DNA of 11,008 nucleotides, taken from positions 1 through 11,008 of the forward strand of contig NW_021827170.1 in assembly GCF_006345805.1 (NCBI RefSeq), given 5' to 3'. This DNA comes from Octopus sinensis. Lineage: Eukaryota. Under the pieces are notes generated by a model, which saw only the letters and a program-made list of their open reading frames with translations, had not been told where the DNA came from and searched no databases. Position numbers and translations under genes: made by a program. Positions 1 through 7,152 of this stretch are shown here, in pieces; within the stretch, counting starts at the first letter, position 1; every line of letters begins with the position of its first letter.

Positions 1-19
1 GATGTTACCCAGGGAAAAG

Positions 20-91
20 CCCGGCCGGGAATAGACTTACAACCTCACGATGGGTAAGCTCTACGCTCTAAACCACTGAGCCATGCGCCTT
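20..91 (-). mobile_element. tRNA-derived SINE head (group A), head only
   Basis: Reverse complement AAGGCGCATGGCTCAGTGGTTTAGAGCG...ATCGTGAGGTTGTAAGTCTATTCCCGGCCGGG aligns to the head of the element at 8027-8097. A-box TGGCTCAGTGG; degenerate B-box. Similarity stops near position 20. Confidence 0.75.
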
Positions 92-203
92 CACACACAC
101 ACACACCACACACACACACCACCCACACACACCACACACACCACACACACACACACACACCCACACCAACTCACATATATCATACACATCCACGCACGCA
201 CGC
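92..203. repeat. Imperfect (CA)n microsatellite
   Basis: Direct reading; CA repeats with CC interruptions, ending in CACG repeats. Confidence 0.95.
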
Positions 204-570
204 AAAGAATACAGAAAGCAATACCTGATCCTGCGTGGCTTTATTAATATCTAAAATATACAGTCACATGAATTTTACTATATTTTGGTTAAATTGCTTA
301 AAGAAATATCCTGATAATCTCCAGTTGATCCAAGAATACTGATTCGCGTAGAACTGTTGCAATTAGGAGATGGTTTAAGTCGATCTTTATAAAAATCATC
401 ATGGCCGTGTTTGTTAAGAAGATCACTTTGCAATCACGTGATTTTGGGTTTTCGGTTCAGTCGCCTTGCACAGAACCTTAGGCAATATCCTCCCCTATAG
501 CCTGACCAATGACTTGTGAGTGAATTTGTTTGACAGAAAATGGGTAGAAACCCGTTGAGTGTGCGCGCGC

Positions 571-790
571 GTGAGGAGGCGCTGGAAAGTTTTGGGGTTT
601 AAGGATGTCGCGAAGGGCTTGGCTGGAAGCCCACCCCTCCGAGTTCTTTTACAGGGCTTAGAAACACTGAAGGATTGCTGCAATAGGTGTGTGAATCTGA
701 GAGAGAGGAATATGTCGAATAAAATCATAATTAACTGATCCTCCTGTATTTTCTTTTAGCCAAAGCCAGGAATTTCTCAGCAACCTCTCG
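571..790 (+). mobile_element. Internally deleted Tc1/mariner derivative (MITE-like, ~220 bp)
   Basis: Left end GAGGAGGCGCTGGAAAGTTTTGGGGTTT is an imperfect inverted copy of the right end AAAGCCAGGAATTTCTCAGCAACCTCTCG (762-790). The interior carries a mariner transposase C-terminal remnant. Confidence 0.7.
604..722 (+). pseudogene. Frameshifted remnant of a mariner transposase C-terminus
   Basis: Joining frames gives DVAK / AWLEAHPSEFFYR / LETLKDCCNRCVNLRE / EYVE-stop (TAA 720-722). This fits the mariner C-terminal pattern W....P.EF...G...L..RW.KC....G.YVE-stop. Three frameshifts are needed. Confidence 0.7.
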
Positions 791-795
791 TGTGT

Positions 796-839
<44 letters not shown>

Positions 840-1268
840 CGCGCGCGTATATGTGTGTGAGTGAGTGAGTGTGTGCGTGTGTGTGGTGTGTGTATTGATA
901 AATAGAAAGATAGATGTGTGTATTTGTGTGGGTATGTGTGTATGTGTGCGCGTGTGTGTGTGTATGCGCGCACGTATATGTATGTGTGTGTTTGTGAGCG
1001 CATGTGTGTGTCTGTGGTGTGTGTATAGATAAATAGAAAGATAGACAGATATGTGTGTGTGTGTGTTTGTGTGTGTGTATGTGTGCGCACGCGTATATGT
1101 GTGTGTGTGTGTGTGAGTGAGTGTATGCGTGTGTGTGTGAGTGTGTGCGTGTGTGTGTGGTGTGTGTATTGATAAATAGAAAGATAGATGTGTGTGTGTT
1201 TGTGTGTGTGTATGTGTATGTGTGTGCGTGCGCGCGCGCGTATATGTATGTGTGTGTGCGTGAGCGAG

Positions 1269-1299
<31 letters not shown>

Positions 1300-1330
1300 T
1301 ATAGATAAATAGAAAGATAGATAGATATGT
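791..1330. repeat. Compound (GT)n/(GC)n microsatellite organised as a four-subunit higher-order repeat
   Basis: Anchor TAT(T/A)GATAAATAGAAAGATAGA starts at 893, 1024, 1167 and 1300. Confidence 0.9.
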
Positions 1331-1642
1331 GTGTGGGTGTCTGTGTTTCTCTTTGTCCCTACATCGTTGATAATCGGTGTTGGTTTCTTTCCGTCCCTTA
1401 ATTTAGTAGTTCCGCCAAAGACACTAACAGTATAAATACTGGCGGCGGTGGTGGTGGTGGAGGGGCGGCTCGGGTATTTGCTCGACTAAACCTTCTAAGG
1501 CGATGCTCCAGTATGGCCGCAGTCCAATGACTAAAACAGGTAACAGAATAAAAATGCAAACCCAAATATAGGGTCTAAAAAAAATTTTGGTCCTACACGG
1601 GAAAACGCTATATTTTCCTACATTATCCAGTACTCATTTATA

Positions 1643-1708
1643 TAATTGCTATAAATGAATTAATTTTCTATAAATTACTATAATTACTATAAATGAATTA
1701 ATTTTCTA
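1643..1708. repeat. Local 28-bp direct duplication
   Basis: TAATTGCTATAAATGAATTAATTTTCTA (1643-1670) and TAATTACTATAAATGAATTAATTTTCTA (1681-1708); 27/28 identical, 10-bp spacer. Confidence 0.9.
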
Positions 1709-1871
1709 ATCAGTTATATTGTTCTGTGTCTATTGCCGTTCTTCTGGACATACCGTTTTATTAGTTTTGCTAAGAAAATATCTGAAGAACTATCATTGAC
1801 AAAAATGTGATCCTATGGGAAATTCGAAAATTCGGACGTACAATTCGGAATATATGCACATACATTTAGCC

Positions 1872-2075
1872 TTTTGTCTTGTTTCAGCCATTAAACTGCG
1901 GCCATGCTGGAGTACAACCTCGAAGAATTTTAGTCGAACGAATCTTTTTTTTTTGTTTTTAAATCCCCACCATTTTCTTTTTTAAAGCCAGGTACTTATT
2001 CGATCGGGTATCTTCTTACCGAACCTCTATGTTACGAGGACGTAAGCACACCAATACCGGTTGTCACGCAGTGGT

Positions 2076-2113
<38 letters not shown>

Positions 2114-2280
2114 ACACACACACACACACCGGCGGACTGCTTTCAGTTTCTGTCTACCAAATCCACTCACAAGGCTGTGGTCGGCCATAGGCTATAGCAG
2201 TAGAAGACACTTGTCCAAGATATCACGCAGTGGAACTGAACTCAGAGCTCTGTGGTTTGGAAACACACAGCCATGTCTGT
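1872..2280 (-). mobile_element. Family B SINE copy B2, near full length, diverged
   Basis: The + strand shows TGTTTCAGCCATTAAACTGCGGCCATGCTGGAG (3' end), an internal (CA)n at about 2078-2130, and TTTCAGTTTCTGTCTACCAAATCCACTCACAAGGC...AGAAGACACTTGTCCAAG...CACACAGCCATG (5' half). Confidence 0.9.
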
Positions 2281-2475
2281 GTGTGTATCTCAGATATAAT
2301 AAACTGCAATGCGTTTTACAACGCGGTCACGCTCGTAGAGGGAAACTGAAACGACAGTCGGAGTGGGGGTGAGTGACAGTCAGAGATATTCACTGTATGT
2401 GAGTTTCGCTGAAGTATAATATCCGGCATCTTAATTCAATCTTAATTTTCTCCATGAATTTAATTTAATATATCG

Positions 2476-2480
<5 letters not shown>

Positions 2481-2569
<89 letters not shown>

Positions 2570-2602
2570 TGTGTCTGTGTGTGTGTGTGCGTGTGCGTGC
2601 GT
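2481..2602. repeat. (AT)n(GT)n compound microsatellite
   Basis: Direct reading. Confidence 0.95.
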
Positions 2603-2918
2603 GTGTTAGCACAATGACCCAGTGGTTAGGGCAGCGGACTCGCAGTCGTAGGATCGTGGTTTCGATTCCCAGACCGGGGGCTGTGAGTGTTTATTGAGCG
2701 AAAACACCTAAAAGCTTCACGAGGCTCCGGCAGGAGGGTGGGTGGCGATCCCTGCTGCACTCGTTCGCCACAAATTTCTCTCCCTCTTTCTTCTGTTGGC
2801 CTGCTCGCTCAGCCAGCGGGGTGGCGTCATCTGAAGGCTAAAACAATGCGAAGCGCATTGTGACCAGCGATGTGTAGCAACATCTGATAGCCTGGTCGGT
2901 CACGGTGATCACGGTGAT
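2603..2918 (+). mobile_element. tRNA-derived SINE, group C, copy C1
   Basis: A-box-like TGACCCAGTGG at 2615-2625 and B-box GTTTCGATTCCC at 2659-2670. The first ~195 bp align to the minus-strand element at 10504-10702. Ends in (CACGGTGAT)x2 at 2901-2918. Confidence 0.85.
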
Positions 2919-3150
2919 ATAACATATAATATATATGCTGTATGAACTTTATTAAACCCTTGTTTCTTCTAAATATTATTGTTCACGTAACAGACAAAAT
3001 ATAGGTGAAAAGGAAGTACCTCAAAGAAGCCGTCTACATACTTAATATGCAGTGTAGAGTTTCGCATATGTAATGTAGGGAATCGATTGACTTCGATTAA
3101 ATGAAATTATCCATGTAGTTACAAGACAGGAAAAAAAAAACAACCAAAAG

Positions 3151-3279
3151 ATATCTGTTCCTGGATACACCGTGTCTGAAAAAGAAAGACAATCAAAAAC
3201 TGACAGGTCATAGCTGGAATGCTTTTAATCATAAATCTATCGATGGGCGCTAATATGGGGGACTAAACAGCAGCAACAA
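3151..3279 (+). mobile_element. Possible degraded 3' end of a retroposon with a (CAA)n-type tail
   Basis: GGTCATAGCTGGAATGCTTTTAATCATA...GGGACTAAACAGCAGCAACAA resembles an octopus repeat tail as I recall it. There is no second copy in the window to confirm. Confidence 0.3.
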
Positions 3280-3517
3280 TTATAAAAACTACTATAACAG
3301 CAAGCTTTACTCCGGTGCTTAATCGTTTCTGTCGCATAAATGATTTGATATTTTTTTTTAAATTAGACATACAAATGACTAATAAATACGGGAGGTAATT
3401 ACAGAGCAATAATGACGAATTTATGACACACGAGTCAGCAATGGCATACTGTGGGGTTTTACGTGACACATGACGGAATTTTGAAAAAATAAATAAATAA
3501 ATAAAACGAAAGAAATA

Positions 3518-3934
3518 GGTGCAGGTGTGGCTGTGTGGTAAGTAGCTTGTCTACCAACCACATGGTTCCGGATTCAGTCCCACTGCGTGGCACCTTGGGC
3601 AAGTGTCTTCTACTATAGCCTCGGGCCGACCAAAGCCTTGTGAGTGGATTTGGGAGACGGAAACTGAAAGAAGCCCGTCGTATATATGTATATATATATA
3701 TGCGTGTGCATGTTTGTGTGTCTGTGTTTGTCCACTAGTATTGCTTGACAACTGATGGTGGTGTGCTTATGTCCCCGTTACTTAGCGGTTCGGCAAAAGA
3801 GACCGATAGAATAAGTACTGGGCTTACAAAAGAATAAGTCCCAGGGTCGAGTTGCTCGATTAAAAGGCGGTGCTCTAGCATGGCCGCAGTCAAATGACTG
3901 AAACAAGTAAAAGAGTAAAAGAGTAAGAGTAAAG
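3518..3934 (+). mobile_element. Family B SINE copy B3, full length
   Basis: Head GGTGCAGGTGTGGCTGTGTGGTAAGTAGC...TTCAGTCCC; CORE-like ACCTTGGGCAAGT; short TA/TG tract; 3' end GGCGGTGCTCTAGCATGGCCGCAGTCAAATGACTGAAAC followed by AGTAAAAG repeats. Confidence 0.95.
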
Positions 3935-3937
3935 AAA

Positions 3938-4104
3938 GGCGCTGGTATGGCTCTGGGATACGAAGTTTGCTTTCCAATCTCATGGTTCCGGGTGGGATCA
4001 GTTCCGCTGTGTGGTACCTTGGCCGTGTGTTTTCTACTATACACCCGGGCCGACCGAAGCCTTGTGAGTCGATTTGGCAGACGGAAACTGAAAGAAGCCT
4101 GTCG

Positions 4105-4138
<34 letters not shown>

Positions 4139-4228
4139 TGTATGTATGTATGTGTGTGTATATGTTTGTGTGTCTCTGTTTGTCTCCCAGCATCGCTTCA
4201 TAACCGATGGTAGTGTGTGCGTGTGTGC

Positions 4229-4291
<63 letters not shown>

Positions 4292-4532
4292 TTTGTGTGC
4301 GTGTGCGTGCGCACGTTTGTTCCTCACCACCGTTTGTCAAACAGTGTTGGTGTGTTTATGTCACCGTAAATTAGCAGTTCAGCAAAAGACACCGATAGAA
4401 TAAGTATCGGGCTTCAAAAAAAAAAAAAAAAAGTACCGGTGTCGATTCTTCTACTGCAAAAAAAAGTCTTCTAGGCGGTGCCCCAGCATGGCCGCAGTCA
4501 AATGACTGAAACAAATGAAAAATAAAAGATAA
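3938..4532 (+). mobile_element. Family B SINE locus B4, chimeric (duplicated middle segment)
   Basis: 5' half, (TATG)n, a middle segment to ...ACCGATGGTAGTGTGT (~4216), a (GT)n tract, then a second middle segment and a complete 3' end (GGCGGTGCCCCAGCATGGCCGCAGTCAAATGACTGAAA, 4474-4511). Confidence 0.85.
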
Positions 4533-4797
4533 ATAGCGCCAAGGACTCCAAATTTGCCATCAAGATGTAGGACAAAATACTGCAATAGACGGCTTCAGAA
4601 GCCCACAGCTCTTCAATATCCTCCCGAAGGACCTGAGAGACCTGCATGGGGTGGATGTAGGTGTCTTCAAAATAAAGCTGGACCTCTTCCTGTCAGGTGT
4701 CCCAGATGAACCAACTTCGTGGCAGGAAGTGCAGATGAGGGCAGCTACATCAAACTCTCTCATTCACCAAATGTCAATTGCTATAAAGCATTCGTGA
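4533..4797 (+). pseudogene. LINE ORF2 C-terminal remnant with one frameshift
   Basis: 4533-4589 reads IAPRTPNLPSRCRTKYCNR. After a frameshift at 4590, 4591-4797 reads GFRSPQLFNILPKDLRDLHGVDVGVFKIKLDLFLSGVPDEPTSWQEVQMRAATSNSLIHQMSIAIKHS-stop. Confidence 0.8.
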
Positions 4798-4871
4798 AGT
4801 AAAATTATGTAGTAAGACCAAATGGCGGTGCCCCAGCATGGCCACAGCTCGTGAGCTGAAACTAGATGAAA
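4533..4871 (+). mobile_element. 5'-truncated CR1-like non-LTR retrotransposon (LINE): end of ORF2 plus 3' UTR and A-rich tail
   Basis: Contains an ORF2 C-terminal remnant, a short 3' UTR ending GGCGGTGCCCCAGCATGGCCACAGCTCGTGAGCTGAAAC, and an A-run. The clade call rests on the FNxLP...FKxKLDxFL motif only. Confidence 0.8.
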
Positions 4872-5137
4872 TAAAAAAAAATTTTTTTTAATAATAAGTA
4901 AAAGTGCCATTAGGGTACCCCTCCCCCACCTAACAGTAAGTGCAGAGGAACGGTAATAATCTCGCTCTGACGGAGGTCATGATTACCGCTTCGTTTGTGA
5001 CCACCGCAAAAGTCCTTTGTATTGGGCAAGAGACCCACTTATCATCCTTGATGACAGGAATGCAATGAAGTTGATTCATGGGTAGCCTTCCTTAATCAAA
5101 GACGCTATTGTTCACAAATTCCGACATTTTCTATCAT

Positions 5138-5995
5138 TTTGTGTTTTACATGTTTCAGTCATGAGGCTGCGGTCATGCTGGGGCATCGCCTTAAAGTATT
5201 TTTTAGTTGAATGCATCGACCACAGTACTTTTTTAAGCCCGGTACTTATTCTATCAGTTCATTTTGTCGAATCTCTAAGTTACGGGAACATTAACACACC
5301 AACACCGGTTGTTAGGCGGTGGCAGGACACACACACACACACACACCACACACACACACACACACCACACACACGTATATATATATATATATATATATAT
5401 GTGTATGTGTAGGAGTGGCTGTGTAGTAAGTAGCTTGCTTACTAACCACATGATTCTTCCGGGTTCAGTCCTACTGCGTGGCACCTTGGGAAAGTGTCTT
5501 CTATTATAGTCTCGGGCCGACCAAAGACTTGTGAGTGGATTTGATAGACGGAAACTGAAAGAAGCCTGTCGTATATATGTATATATATATATATGTGTGT
5601 GTGTATATGTTTGAGTGTCTGTGTTTGTCTCCCCCCCCCCCAGTATCGCTTGACAACTGATGCTGGTGCGTTTACGTCGCCGTAACCAAGCGGTTCGGCA
5701 AAAAAGACCGATAGAATAAGTACTAGGCTTACAAAGAATAAATCCGATTTGCTCGACTAAAGGCGGTGCTCCAGCATGGCCACTGTCAACTGACTGGAAC
5801 AAGTAAAAGAGTATATATATATATATATATGATGGGCTTCTTTCAGTTTTCGCCCACCAAATCCATTCAAAATGTTTTGGTCAGCTTGTGGCTATATTAA
5901 AAGACACTTACCCAACGTGTCACGCCTTGGGGAACTGAACCCGGAACCATATCGTTGTGAAGCAAACTTCTTACCACACATCCACGCCTACGCCT
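5138..5995 (-). mobile_element. Family B SINE copy B5, split by B6
   Basis: 3' half at 5138-5326, microsatellite at 5327-5406 and 5812-5830, and 5' half at 5831-5995 (GATGGGCTTCTTTCAGTTTTCG...CTTACCACACATCCACGCCTACGCCT). Confidence 0.9.
5407..5812 (+). mobile_element. Family B SINE copy B6, full length, nested in B5
   Basis: Runs GTGTAGGAGTGGCTGTGTAGTAAGTAGC ... GGCGGTGCTCCAGCATGGCCACTGTCAACTGACTGGAACAAGTAAAAGAGT, with TA-rich repeat on both sides. Confidence 0.95.
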
Positions 5996-6684
5996 GTATA
6001 AATAAAACAAATTAAAAACCCATCGACATTAGCAATCCCCTGCTGCCCCTCCCCCCCACTTTTTTAATGCTAATAATCATCTTAACAGTTTCTTATTGCC
6101 GAACCAATCAAAAAATAATTATAACGCTGCTATTTTGACCCCCATCTCAGTTTATTTGGAAAAAAGTGCCAGAAAATAATCTAAATTTGATCTTCTTCAA
6201 TTGTTTTAGTCATTTATCTAAGAAGGCATCATATGTTTAAAGAAATTATGAAGCAATAAAGACTTATCGAATGTTAAAAAAAAATTAAAAGAAACATTGC
6301 TATATAAATAAAAAAAAAACAATGAACAAAAAACATGTTAGGCAGAGAAATATAATAAAAACGAGCAAAATCAATGAAAAGTTCAGAACACTGACATAAT
6401 CCTTTTTTCGGTAATTGATTGAAAAAAATAAAATCTTTAGTGATTATTATATATTGCAAATTAATTATCAAAATATCGATGCAATAAGCAATTTAAGTGT
6501 TTCTATCGCAAACTCCAATATCACTTCAAACAGTGAAAGCAAGAAGGTTGAACGCGTTGGACTATTGCGATAAAGAGTTGCAAGCCGTAACTAAAGAGAA
6601 GAAAGATAATAATATAATAAATAAAATATGTTAGGAAATAGTATAAACTATATAAACCACGCGACATGACTCGAGAGAAACTAT

Positions 6685-6702
6685 AAGAAGAAAAAGAAAA
6701 GA

Positions 6703-6739
<37 letters not shown>

Positions 6740-6754
6740 AGAGAGAGAGAGAGG
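6685..6754. repeat. A-rich plus (GA)n polypurine tract
   Basis: AAGAAGAAAAAGAAAAGAAG(AG)n; about 70 bp of uninterrupted purines on the + strand. Confidence 0.95.
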
Positions 6755-7108
6755 TGAAAGAAGTTGCTAAGTGTCTTTAGTATCCACAAGAGCTCATAAA
6801 TCTGGTGCTTAGATCGGGTTTCATAGCATTAAGCGGATGAGGGAGATAAATCGCCCTCTCTTGTCTGATTGTATAAAATCGCTATACATCTTGAATACGC
6901 CTTAACAGTTGCGGCCAAAAACACGTCTGCAAGACGGAGTGGATTGGTATAAAACATAAATCAGTGCTGTTGGAGTGAATTAATATTTTATTAAGCTGTG
7001 ATAGGTTAAGAAGACTTTGATAATAATGACACGACTGATAAGATGTTCAGATGGAGATAACCATTGAAATAATAAATAAGAAGAGAATTGAAACGCCTCC
7101 AGAGTAAT

Positions 7109-7152
7109 CATGTATATGTATGTATGTATGTGTGTGTATATATATATATATG
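7109..7152. repeat. (TATG)n/(TG)n/(TA)n compound microsatellite
   Basis: Direct reading. Confidence 0.9.

Larger units (their letters stand above)
400..1552 (+). mobile_element. Family B SINE copy B1, old and diverged; interrupted by a mariner-derived element and an expanded microsatellite
   Basis: 400-570 aligns to the B 5' half (ATGGCCGTGTTTGTTAAGAAG...GGTTCAGTC...CTATAGCCTGACCAATGACTTGTGAGTGAATTTG...AAACCCGT). About 1330-1552 aligns to the B 3' half, ending GGCGATGCTCCAGTATGGCCGCAGTCCAATGACTAAAACAGG. Both halves are on the same strand in the correct order. Confidence 0.7.

Noticed and set aside
104-165. Recurrent CACCAC interruptions in (CA)n tracts (also ~2110 and ~5345) as a designed motif
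   Set aside because: Single-base slips in dinucleotide repeats, or long-read consensus errors, explain them.
495-728. 77-aa minus-strand ORF
   Set aside because: It is the antisense of the mariner remnant and the B1 5' half.
731-1312. ORFs rich in HT/CV/YV repeats (also 2509-2697, 3735-4403, 5161-5802, 8569-8829, 9059-9289)
   Set aside because: They are translations of (CA)n, (TG)n and (TATG)n tracts and SINE bodies, which lack stop codons by composition. No domain content.
791-1330. Regularly spaced ~25-bp anchors as a CRISPR-like array
   Set aside because: The spacers are microsatellite and mutually homologous, there are no cas genes, and the context is eukaryotic.
2603-2680. tRNA-like sequences (also 20-91, 8027-8097, 10075-10150, 10625-10702) as tRNA genes
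   Set aside because: The acceptor and anticodon stems do not close properly, the anticodon regions differ between copies, and all but the head-only copy at 20-91 continue into a SINE body.
3263-3469. 68-aa minus-strand ORF with a hydrophobic end (also 6274-6471 and 10598-10972)
   Set aside because: Low-complexity AT-rich or SINE-overlapping sequence, no recognisable homology, and lengths expected by chance.
4560-4763. 67-aa minus-strand ORF
   Set aside because: It is the antisense of the LINE ORF2 remnant; the meaningful frame is on the + strand.
4968-5060. Hammerhead ribozyme or retrozyme core (CTGACGG..., TTGATGA)
   Set aside because: Neither matches the CUGANGA core, and I found no GAAA/NUH arrangement with closing stems.
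4930-5079. 49-aa minus-strand ORF MNQLHCIPVIKDDKWVSCPIQR...
   Set aside because: Short, with no recognisable motif and no supporting splice or promoter signals.
6681-6754. Minus-strand polypyrimidine tract ending in TAG as a splice acceptor
   Set aside because: No good donor or convincing open frame downstream; a (CT)n microsatellite explains it.
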